A stretch of DNA of 13,432 nt from an uncultured archaeon (GTDB lineage Archaea > Asgardarchaeota > Lokiarchaeia > Sigyniarchaeales > SOKP01). The notes under the pieces were generated by a model that saw only the letters and a list, made by a program, of their open reading frames with translations, was not told the origin of the DNA and did no database searches. Positions 1 to 7,487 of this stretch are shown here, one piece after another. How positions within the stretch are numbered: the first letter of the stretch is position 1; every line of letters starts with the position of its first letter. The translations under genes and the position numbers were made by a program. The stretch is from NCBI GenBank assembly GCA_964388035.1, contig CAYLZE010000129.1:1-13432 (forward strand). Direction: 5' to 3'.

Positions 1-117
1 TTCCATTTTGAGAAATTAGGCAATAGTTGGGTGACCTGGAAAGATAGAAACCACATAATCAAACCCTTTGACAATACATGTTCTCAGTATTTAGATGAGA
101 ACAAAGAGAACATTTAA
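1..117 (+). CDS. Possible 3' end of an upstream gene (partial, hypothetical)
   Basis: Frame +1 is open from base 1 to TAA at 115-117 (FHFEKLGNSWVTWKDRNHIIKPFDNTCSQYLDENKENI*). No recognisable motif. Confidence 0.35.
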   Translation, partial: FHFEKLGNSWVTWKDRNHIIKPFDNTCSQYLDENKENI

Positions 118-274
118 AAGAATGAGTTATAAAAGTAAGGATCTTTTTATGAATAATTGCTATTTTTTCAACCTCTTAAGTTGGTATACACATAGTGTGA
201 AATTTCAAACTATTTAAGGAGTGTACCATTTAATACTTCAAGTTATTATAAAACAAGAATAATGGAAAAATTAA

Positions 275-1216
275 ATGAAAGTCGAAAAATCGAGTCAAGA
301 TCTTGAAAATGAGGTAATTTATTCAAGCCTTTGCATTCATTGTGGAAGCTGTAATGCCTTTTGTCCACACATGGATTTTAATAAGGATACAGGAGAAGCT
401 TATGTGGTAGATGAATGTGCAGAAACGGTTGGATTATGTTATAATTCATGTCCCCGCACATTTTTCCCTGTTAGTGCTATTGAACAAAAGACCTTTGGAA
501 CGACTCGCACTGATCTTGCGGTAGGTGTATATAAAGACATTGTTCAAGTCAAATCTAAGAATAAAGATGATATTTTGTATAATCTAGTGAAAACTGCATT
601 TGATGAGGGCATTGTTAAGTCCATGGTCTTACCAGAATCGCATAGCAAAAAACCTCCTGTAGCATATCCCATAATTGTGGAAGACGCCAATGAAGCAAAG
701 AAATATATTCCAACCAAGACAATGGATAATGCAGGGCCTTTAGTAACTGGAATTGGAAAAGCTTATCTTTCAAGGAAAAAGCAAGTAGGGATAGTAGCAA
801 ATCCTTGTCATATTCGAGGCATAGCAAAGATTGCAAGTTCTGATTTTAACACGGGATTAAGAGAAACTCTATCTTTGAAAATAGCATATGCTTGTTCCTC
901 TGGTGGAATGGCTGGATGCAAGTACTGCACGGATTTTTCAGGTGAGTTTTCAGATCTATCATATTCCCCTTGGGGCGCTCCAAAAGGAGAAGCATTACTT
1001 ATTATCCGAACCGATTTGGGTCAAAAAATAGTAGATGCTGCTGTAAAGAAAAAATTCATTGAAATTACTAATGATAAACCAGATCTTGCAGAAATGAAAA
1101 AATTTATCAATAAAAAGCGAAAGAAAAATTTTAGAACTCTCATTGGTAAATCTTTAGTTAAAGCCAAATACCTCGAATTAACGGGAGATGAAATTTTAGA
1201 GTTATTAAAAGAATAA
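275..1216 (+). CDS. Divergent FrhB/FdhB-family (F420 hydrogenase/dehydrogenase beta subunit-like) Fe-S protein with N-terminal ferredoxin domain
   Basis: CIHCGSCNAFCP and CAETVGLCYNSCP ferredoxin motifs. VGIVANPCHI resembles VGTPCQI, IAYAC resembles IGLFC, and GCKYCTDFSGEFSDLS...IIRTDLG resembles the FrhB C-terminal signature. Confidence 0.8.
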   Translation: MKVEKSSQDLENEVIYSSLCIHCGSCNAFCPHMDFNKDTGEAYVVDECAETVGLCYNSCPRTFFPVSAIEQKTFGTTRTDLAVGVYKDIVQVKSKNKDDILYNLVKTAFDEGIVKSMVLPESHSKKPPVAYPIIVEDANEAKKYIPTKTMDNAGPLVTGIGKAYLSRKKQVGIVANPCHIRGIAKIASSDFNTGLRETLSLKIAYACSSGGMAGCKYCTDFSGEFSDLSYSPWGAPKGEALLIIRTDLGQKIVDAAVKKKFIEITNDKPDLAEMKKFINKKRKKNFRTLIGKSLVKAKYLELTGDEILELLKE

Positions 1217-1219
1217 GCA

Positions 1220-1260
1220 TTTATTTTATTTTTCCCTCTTTTTTTCTCAAGCATTTTTTT
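1220..1260 (+). terminator. Oligo-T tracts downstream of the FrhB-like gene, likely archaeal terminator
   Basis: Several T runs directly after the stop codon in a convergent intergenic region. Confidence 0.5.
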
Positions 1261-1321
1261 AACGAAATATAAAACCAAAGGGTATTATCGTTTCTAACTT
1301 CTTTTTATTTCACTCTTAAGC

Positions 1322-1340
1322 AAAAAAGAAATTGAAAAAA
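1322..1340 (-). terminator. Oligo-T tract downstream of the longin-like gene
   Basis: aaaaaaagaaattgaaaaaa-type A runs on + give T runs on the minus strand just after the stop at 1348-1350. Confidence 0.45.
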
Positions 1341-1347
1341 TGTTTGA

Positions 1348-1779
1348 TCAGAGATTAACCAATCCGGCGCCCCATTTTTCGGATTTAGACATTTCTTTGA
1401 ATATTTCATCAAGTTCTCCTTCATACTGTTTAAATGAAGTTACATCGCCGTCAAAATTCTCCAGTTCCAATTTAAACTTTTTAATAAATTTATCTTGGAG
1501 GATTTCAATCCTTTTTTTAATTTTATTATCTGAAGTATTAATGGTTGCTTTAACCACGAAAATCAATTCATTTTCGGTAAAAAATAAAAATTTTACCCCT
1601 TTGCTTTCTATCTTCTGAAGAGTGGAAGCCATTACTTCTTTAGAAACAGTTAATATACCGGTAAGTAACCCTCCTAATAGCTGTTCAAAGGCATCCTCAT
1701 TTTTCGAAGTATCATTTCCCTTAATGCGGTGATAAAGACAAATTCCCGACTTATCAATTATCCAGAATTCTTCAATCAT
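1348..1779 (-). CDS. Longin-like domain protein (143 aa)
   Basis: MIEEFWIIDKSGICLYHR...LLGGLLTGILTVSKEV...LQKIES...FLFFTENELIFVVKA...KKRIEILQDKF fits the beta-beta-alpha-beta-beta-beta-alpha-alpha longin pattern (sybindin/AP-sigma-like). ATG at 1779 preceded by purine-rich GGAAGCAAGGAA is preferred over TTG at 1800. Confidence 0.72.
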   Translation of the reverse strand: MIEEFWIIDKSGICLYHRIKGNDTSKNEDAFEQLLGGLLTGILTVSKEVMASTLQKIESKGVKFLFFTENELIFVVKATINTSDNKIKKRIEILQDKFIKKFKLELENFDGDVTSFKQYEGELDEIFKEMSKSEKWGAGLVNL

Positions 1780-1800
1780 TTCCTTGCTTCCTACTCTCAA

Positions 1801-2103
1801 TTATACTTTTATCAGTCCTATGATAAAAAATATGAGAGCAATTAAAGCAAGTCCCTCATAAATTTCTAATATTTTATCTCCAATAATCGGGATTGCCTCG
1901 AATCCAGAATGATTTAGAATTCCTGCTAACCCCCCATATAACCCTGATATAGCCAAACATGTAAAGGCTGCAAAGAAAAATAATGCAAGTCTATTCTGAG
2001 TTGATTTATATTTTTTTATAGTGGTATACGCTAATATCATATATATTATTCCATACCCTAATTCTACCCCATATTCTAATATATCCGCCATATCTAATGC
2101 CAT
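1801..2103 (-). CDS. Small 3-TM membrane protein (paralog B)
   Basis: Three hydrophobic segments with a basic loop KKYKSTQNR after TM1. Its start overlaps the upstream stop (TAATG). Confidence 0.8.
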   Translation of the reverse strand: MALDMADILEYGVELGYGIIYMILAYTTIKKYKSTQNRLALFFFAAFTCLAISGLYGGLAGILNHSGFEAIPIIGDKILEIYEGLALIALIFFIIGLIKV

Positions 2104-2417
2104 TATTCTGTGCCCCTTGGTTTTTTAATTAGTCTCAATCCATAAAAAAAGAAAAAAGCTGCCAGAAATTGTGTAGATTCTATTATAGCTTCCAAATAAG
2201 CGGAATCAATTAAAAAACTATTCTCAAAGGGAGAAATTATAATTCTTAGCAAAATCGAAAGGCCAATAATGCCAAATGCTATTGAAATAAATAGTAAAAT
2301 CTTATTTTGCATTCTTCTATAAGATATCATGGTGTATGTTGATAGAAAAAAAAATCCAATGATACTGATGATCTGAATTGCTAGAATTACACCCGCAGTA
2401 GTTAAATACACTGACAT
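2103..2417 (-). CDS. Small 3-TM membrane protein (paralog A)
   Basis: Three hydrophobic segments with a basic loop SYRRMQNK after TM1. Aligns by eye with 1801..2103. Confidence 0.8.
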   Translation of the reverse strand: MSVYLTTAGVILAIQIISIIGFFFLSTYTMISYRRMQNKILLFISIAFGIIGLSILLRIIISPFENSFLIDSAYLEAIIESTQFLAAFFFFYGLRLIKKPRGTE

Positions 2418-2474
2418 CTGTTAAACACTCATTTTTAAACTATTCTTCTTATTATTGATTTTATTAATCTGCAA

Positions 2475-2489
2475 TATTTAAAGTTATTC
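2475..2489 (-). promoter_or_regulatory. Putative BRE/TATA promoter for the 3TM-3TM-longin unit
   Basis: Minus strand reads GAATAAC-TTTAAATA about 58 nt upstream of the ATG at 2417. The AT-rich background limits specificity. Confidence 0.35.
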
Positions 2490-2534
2490 CATTAAAACCA
2501 TAAAAAGGCGGTCCTGATAAATAAAAGAAACTTT

Positions 2535-3740
2535 CTATTTCAGTGAAGCATCCAAATGCAATAATAAATCAATTATAAATTGATTGAATTTTGCCAACAT
2601 TTTAGGTGAAAAATTTCGAACATTATCTCGATCTGAATGAATGGGAGCATTAGAAAAAAAGACTATAAATTCATATCCAAAAGACTTTAAAGGAGCATGA
2701 TCTGTTGAGTAATGGATCAATGGTGGAATCCAAAAGGGTTTAATTTCATAAAAATCACTCTCTTTATTCTTTAAAACTGATTCTATTTCCTTTTCAATAA
2801 TTGGAGAAAATTTTCTCTTTGGTAATAATCCTTGGGAATGGGCATAAAGATTTGATAGTTTATTTGCTCCTACTGTATCAAATATTAAAAAGAAAGTATT
2901 ATTCTTGTCATAATCTTTAAAATGGCTTTTAATGAAACTATCTGCCCCGAAATCACCCCATTCCTCAGCCCCCGTCAGAACAATTGTTAAATTTATTCTC
3001 TCCAAAGGATCATTTTTAAAAGAGTGCAATACATTCAAAGCGGCAGCTACTCCCGTGGCATTGTCCGCTGTTCCGAAAGATTTATTGTGGCGTTTATTAA
3101 AAAGCTGAATACAATAAAAAGTTGCAAGGAAGAATCCATAATAAAATTGATAATAGAAATTTATCGGTATTACATTTAACAATGATAAGATTATCACGAT
3201 CATGTTATGAAGTGAAAAGAAAGTGCCACCAACCAATCCAAATAAGTATATTGCCCCATCGAACAAAGGATGTAATTCATGACTCATCGAATCATAGTGG
3301 GCTAAAATTACTAAATTCCTCACTTGTTGTGGATTTCTTTCACGAGGGGGAATAGTAAGAATATAATTAAATGATGTTCTCTCTTTTCCAATTCTGGTAA
3401 AAGTAAATTGGATTTTCTCTCTTATGGTTCTGCCAAAATATGATAAAATCAAAAGAAGAACGCTAAAACAAATGCTTAAAACGCTTAATCTATAAATATC
3501 AAAAACAATTATTAAAATAATTAGGATTCCAAGAAATGGATCATAAATTCTTAACAAGATATTCATGAAAAAAGATGTATACATGAATGCTTCTTTTTTA
3601 AAATCAAGAAAACCAAGAGAAGTTAATTCTGATTCAAGTATTTCTTGAACTTTAGTTTCCCCATCTGTTCCTGCTAAGCGAGGAAATGATATTTTTTCTA
3701 CAAAATCTTTAGAAAAGTAATCTTTTGAATAATTAAACAT
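2535..3740 (-). CDS. Membrane-embedded M28-family zinc metallopeptidase
   Basis: PRLAGT, AHYDS, GTADNATG, GAEEWG, FDTVG, STDH and IHSDRDN motifs, with two hydrophobic hairpins inserted. ATG at 3740 (MFNYS; 8-nt overlap with the GTPase stop) is preferred over TTG at 3776. Confidence 0.88.
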   Translation of the reverse strand: MFNYSKDYFSKDFVEKISFPRLAGTDGETKVQEILESELTSLGFLDFKKEAFMYTSFFMNILLRIYDPFLGILIILIIVFDIYRLSVLSICFSVLLLILSYFGRTIREKIQFTFTRIGKERTSFNYILTIPPRERNPQQVRNLVILAHYDSMSHELHPLFDGAIYLFGLVGGTFFSLHNMIVIILSLLNVIPINFYYQFYYGFFLATFYCIQLFNKRHNKSFGTADNATGVAAALNVLHSFKNDPLERINLTIVLTGAEEWGDFGADSFIKSHFKDYDKNNTFFLIFDTVGANKLSNLYAHSQGLLPKRKFSPIIEKEIESVLKNKESDFYEIKPFWIPPLIHYSTDHAPLKSFGYEFIVFFSNAPIHSDRDNVRNFSPKMLAKFNQFIIDLLLHLDASLK

Positions 3741-4269
3741 TCTTTTTTTCGATGATTTCCCTTGCGAGCGTTTCAAAAATTATATGGTTATTATATCCTG
3801 ATTTGCTACTAGTTTCTATCAAATGCGTGATGCTATGTTTTGCTTGAAATTCCTTAGCTTTTTCAATGCTTACTACCCGCTTTTCATCTGCCAGATCGAG
3901 TTTTTCTCCAATTAACATGTAAACAGGCTCGGTAGAATTATCATTTACAATGTGATACCATTCCTCTAAGTGTTCATAACTAGAATATCGGGTAATATCA
4001 TAGCATATTAATGCTCCCATTGCCCCTCGGGCATAATTCGGTAAGAAAAATCTAAAACGCGCTTCACCTGCAAAATCCCATAATTGAAGGTATACCTCAT
4101 ATATACTATTTCCTTTTTCAATTTCAATGGCATAAGTGGCCAGATCCGTCCCAATTGTCATTTTCTGAGGTAGATAATTGCCCGTGATCAATCTTTGTAT
4201 CATTGTGGTCTTTCCAACGCCACCATCACCCACAACTACGATTTTGAACAAGAATTTCTTCCGAATCAT
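3733..4269 (-). CDS. Rab-like small GTPase (Ras superfamily)
   Basis: G1 GDGGVGKT, G2 MTIGTD, G3 LQLWDFAG, Rab-like RFRFFLPNYARGAMGALICYDIT, G4 GEKLD, G5 ETSSK. No C-terminal Cys motif. Confidence 0.93.
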   Translation of the reverse strand: MIRKKFLFKIVVVGDGGVGKTTMIQRLITGNYLPQKMTIGTDLATYAIEIEKGNSIYEVYLQLWDFAGEARFRFFLPNYARGAMGALICYDITRYSSYEHLEEWYHIVNDNSTEPVYMLIGEKLDLADEKRVVSIEKAKEFQAKHSITHLIETSSKSGYNNHIIFETLAREIIEKKNV

Positions 4270-4332
4270 TTGAGCTTTTAATTCCCCGAAGTAAATTTTT
4301 TTATAAATATTATATATTAATTCTAATTAAGT

Positions 4333-5223
4333 TTATTCTATTGTTAAAATTTGTTTAAATTTTTTATTTATTGAAATAATATTCTGTTTTATATGGACTT
4401 GTAGGTTTTTCGGTAAACTAGATAAAATCGAGTTAAATTTTTCCTTATCAATGTTTATTATATCTTTATAAATTAATAAAAAACTACTGCAATCAAAAAT
4501 TGGGGGCACCAAGAGGATTAGTATAATTAAATATGATAATCCTAAACCCTTAGAATTTAGCAATCCTGTACCAGGATAGTTCAATATAAAACCTACAAGA
4601 AGATTCTGGTTATTGAGATAAACTAGAATAATATTGAAGATATTAGCACTAAAAAAAATAACAAATCCCCCAATGCTGATTAATTTTAACGTTTTGAGCT
4701 TAAAATTGCCAATTATTTGTTGTAATCCCGATTGAGAGGACTTTCTATCAAAGAGGTATAAATCACTTTTCTCTTCTGGAAGGATAATTTGTATTTTACC
4801 ATACTTCCAAATATCTATAAAAATCCAAAAGAAACTGAGCGTATATATAAAGATAAAAATGATAATAAAATAATTCGAGTAATCTGCTATCAATTGCGGG
4901 TGATATAAGCTTTCTGCTCCAATCCAGAATAATAAAATTTGGTTAAATAATGACGCAAAAAAAAATCGATTCGCGTGTCTCTTTTCCACGCCCAACGGAC
5001 TATAAATTATTAAATCTTCAGAAAACTTAATTCTCCATTTAATAATACTCAATATCTTAAAAAAAAGATAATAACCGAAAGTAATGAGTGGAAAAATAAA
5101 TAGAAATATGTTATCCCAATATTGCGAGACGGTTAAAATGAACAAAAAAAAAAACAATATCAACTCTCTCATGAGGCTTTCCGATAGGAGTTTTCTCCAA
5201 CTTAATTTTTCTTGGTCATTCAT
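4333..5223 (-). CDS. Hypothetical polytopic membrane protein (about 6 TM)
   Basis: 296-aa ORF with about six hydrophobic segments in three pairs. No family motif recognised. Confidence 0.75.
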   Translation of the reverse strand: MNDQEKLSWRKLLSESLMRELILFFFLFILTVSQYWDNIFLFIFPLITFGYYLFFKILSIIKWRIKFSEDLIIYSPLGVEKRHANRFFFASLFNQILLFWIGAESLYHPQLIADYSNYFIIIFIFIYTLSFFWIFIDIWKYGKIQIILPEEKSDLYLFDRKSSQSGLQQIIGNFKLKTLKLISIGGFVIFFSANIFNIILVYLNNQNLLVGFILNYPGTGLLNSKGLGLSYLIILILLVPPIFDCSSFLLIYKDIINIDKEKFNSILSSLPKNLQVHIKQNIISINKKFKQILTIE

Positions 5224-5507
5224 CTTTTATAAATTTCTCACCACTATAAATGATATAAGAGGAATCTTATTTTTGTGTTATTTAATTTAATATCTATGAA
5301 TTTAACATTTTAAACCTTCCTCTCCTATATTTGAGAAGCGGGATAAATATTTAACTCTCAACTCAATTTAGGATTTATGAATAATTTAAGATTATCTGTT
5401 TAACATGCTAATTTTATTGCCTTTTAAATCTTTTAGTAATTAGCTAAATTTTAAGTCTCTTTGAATATATAAACAAGATATTATTTATTATCAATATTAA
5501 AATAAGT

Positions 5508-5512
5508 GGTGG
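5508..5512 (+). promoter_or_regulatory. Putative Shine-Dalgarno GGTGG before the proposed ATA start of the helicase
   Basis: GGTGG, then 7 nt, then an in-frame ATA at 5520. Confidence 0.4.
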
Positions 5513-5519
5513 CTTTTAC

Positions 5520-7487
5520 ATAAATTATCTTAATTTTTTTCCGTATAATCAATTCAGATCTTCCCAAGAAAGTATAATAAAGCAAATAGAAGAAAGTGTA
5601 CAACAAAAAAAAATTATTTTATTAAGCGCTCCTAATGGTACGGGAAAAACAATTATAGCGTTAAGTGGGGTTCTGCCATATATCATTGAAAATGATTTAA
5701 AAGTCATCTATCTTTGTAGAACCCATTCCCAAAATACCCGAGTAATAAGGGAATTAGAAATGATCTCGAATTTTTTACGAGAGAAGGGACTTTCCATAAA
5801 GGTCAATGGGCTTTCGATTAGAGGACGTGGAGAAATGTGTCTTAATGAAACTTTATTGTCAGTTAACCCCAATCCTAAAGATGCGATGTCATTATGTACG
5901 GATTTACGAAAAAATAAGAATTGCATTCACTTTTTAAATTTGTTAAAAAAAAGGGATGAATTAGAGAATCCCGTGCTCATTGATCCGGACATTTTTAATA
6001 AACCAGTAGATGCGGAAGCATTAATTAAATTGTGCAAGGATAAAAAGTTATGCCCTTATTTTCTCAGTAAATTTCTCCTCAAAGAAATGAGTATAATTAT
6101 GTGCAATTATCAATGGATATACAATCCCTTTATTAGAGATTCATTTTTAAAATTTATCGGGAAAGAGTTAGAGGAATGTGTTTTAATCATCGATGAGTGC
6201 CATAATATCATTGATGTGGCCACCGAAGTGAATTCTTTGAGAATTACCCCATATCTTTTAAAACTATGTATAAAGGATCTTGATATGCATAATTCGCCCC
6301 AATTACTGAAAAATTTTGTAAACCTTCTACTTAATCGTCTAGAAGAGAGGAGAGGAAAGATGAAAGAAGAAGAAAGATCCATAAATCCTAGGAAATTATT
6401 AAAAAGGATATGCGAGGGCTTAAAATTAGAAGATTTAGCTAAATTAAAACTCCTATTAAAAGATTTATTAGATTATAGTCTCTCCCTCCACGAAGAAAAA
6501 ATAGCAAATGGGGAAATCTATCGAGATTATCTGGGAACTTTAGCGGAATTCTGGCTGAAATGGATAGAAACGTGTGATTTAGATTCTTACTTTTTTTGCT
6601 ATACCTTGCAGGAAAAGAACGACAGAAAATCAGTCGCTCTTGAAATCGTAGCTTTAGATCCGAGAGAAATTTCCATTCCCATTCTTAGAAATTGTTACAC
6701 GTGTTTAAATCTTTCCGGAACCGTGAATCCCTATGTATATAATAATCTCATGGGATTGAATAAATGCGGGAAAAGTTATAAAGGTATTATTGCGGAATCT
6801 CCTTTTCAAAAGAAAAATGTTAAAGCTCTAATTGTAGAAGGTGTTAGTACTAGAAGAGAAGACCGAAATCCAATAATGTATAGAAAATTAATAGATAAAA
6901 TCGAAGAGGTCATTGCGTGCACTCCAGCAAACATTGGAATATTTTGTGCATCATATAAGATACTTCAAGCACTACTTTCTTCTGGTTTAGATAATAGAGT
7001 TATAAAATATGATAAGAAATTGTTCGTGGAGGAGCCAAATTTATCTGCAAGTGAGAATTCTGCCATGATAGAAGATTTCAAATCCATGGGAAACCCAAAA
7101 TATGGCGGTGCGGTATTATTAGGAGTATGTGGGGGAAGAAATTCAGAAGGAGAGGATTATCCCGGAAATTCCATGAATTCTGTAATTATATGCGGATTTC
7201 CATATCATCTCCCCACGCCACGGATAAAAGCGAAAATAGAATATTATGATAAGGTTTTCGAAAAACAAGGATGGAATTTTGCTTACCTTTACCCCGCCAT
7301 TCAAAGAGCTAATCAAGCTTCGGGACGTCCTATTCGAAAAATAGATGATAAGGGTGCAATCATCTTTATGGATGAACGGTTTAAAGATAAATATAATTGG
7401 ATTTCAGAATGGGTCAGGACCGAGATTGAACTGATATCCAATAAAGATAACTCGATCTATCAATCATTATACCCTTTTTGGCATTAA
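5520..7487 (+). CDS. xpd: XPD/Rad3/DinG-family Fe-S ATP-dependent 5'-3' DNA helicase (about 655 aa; start uncertain)
   Basis: The frame is open upstream of ATG 5760 and encodes the Q motif FPYNQFRSSQ, Walker A APNGTGKT and motif Ia RTHSQ. Downstream are four candidate Fe-S Cys (MCLN, SLCT, KNCI, LCPY), IIDECHN, LSGT, GRNSEGEDYPG, GFPY and QASGRPIR. Confidence 0.9.
   Translation: MNYLNFFPYNQFRSSQESIIKQIEESVQQKKIILLSAPNGTGKTIIALSGVLPYIIENDLKVIYLCRTHSQNTRVIRELEMISNFLREKGLSIKVNGLSIRGRGEMCLNETLLSVNPNPKDAMSLCTDLRKNKNCIHFLNLLKKRDELENPVLIDPDIFNKPVDAEALIKLCKDKKLCPYFLSKFLLKEMSIIMCNYQWIYNPFIRDSFLKFIGKELEECVLIIDECHNIIDVATEVNSLRITPYLLKLCIKDLDMHNSPQLLKNFVNLLLNRLEERRGKMKEEERSINPRKLLKRICEGLKLEDLAKLKLLLKDLLDYSLSLHEEKIANGEIYRDYLGTLAEFWLKWIETCDLDSYFFCYTLQEKNDRKSVALEIVALDPREISIPILRNCYTCLNLSGTVNPYVYNNLMGLNKCGKSYKGIIAESPFQKKNVKALIVEGVSTRREDRNPIMYRKLIDKIEEVIACTPANIGIFCASYKILQALLSSGLDNRVIKYDKKLFVEEPNLSASENSAMIEDFKSMGNPKYGGAVLLGVCGGRNSEGEDYPGNSMNSVIICGFPYHLPTPRIKAKIEYYDKVFEKQGWNFAYLYPAIQRANQASGRPIRKIDDKGAIIFMDERFKDKYNWISEWVRTEIELISNKDNSIYQSLYPFWH

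Noticed and set aside
615-836. 73-aa minus-strand ORF
   Set aside because: Antisense shadow inside the FrhB-like gene with no motif.
1021-1618. ORFs 1021..1278 (-) and 1340..1618 (+)
   Set aside because: Antisense shadows of the FrhB-like and longin genes.
3122-3355. 77-aa plus-strand ORF
   Set aside because: Lies opposite the M28 peptidase.
3741-3776. N-terminal extension MKRSQGKSSKKR of the peptidase
   Set aside because: Needs a TTG start and a 44-nt overlap with the GTPase; ATG 3740 is more plausible.
5224-5444. Divergent intergenic region as a possible ncRNA, tRNA or repeat array
   Set aside because: Very AT-rich with no stable stems, cloverleaf or regularly spaced repeats; best explained as divergent promoters.
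5601-5620. A9 run as a possible frameshift in the helicase
   Set aside because: The frame is continuous through it (QQKKIILL), so no shift is needed.
5084-6382. ORFs 5084..5290 (+), 5708..5926 (-) and 6110..6382 (-)
   Set aside because: Antisense to the membrane protein or the helicase.
5520-7487. Helicase as CasDinG or another defence helicase
   Set aside because: No cas genes, array or nuclease nearby, and the motifs fit housekeeping XPD/Rad3. DECH instead of DEAH still fits DExH.
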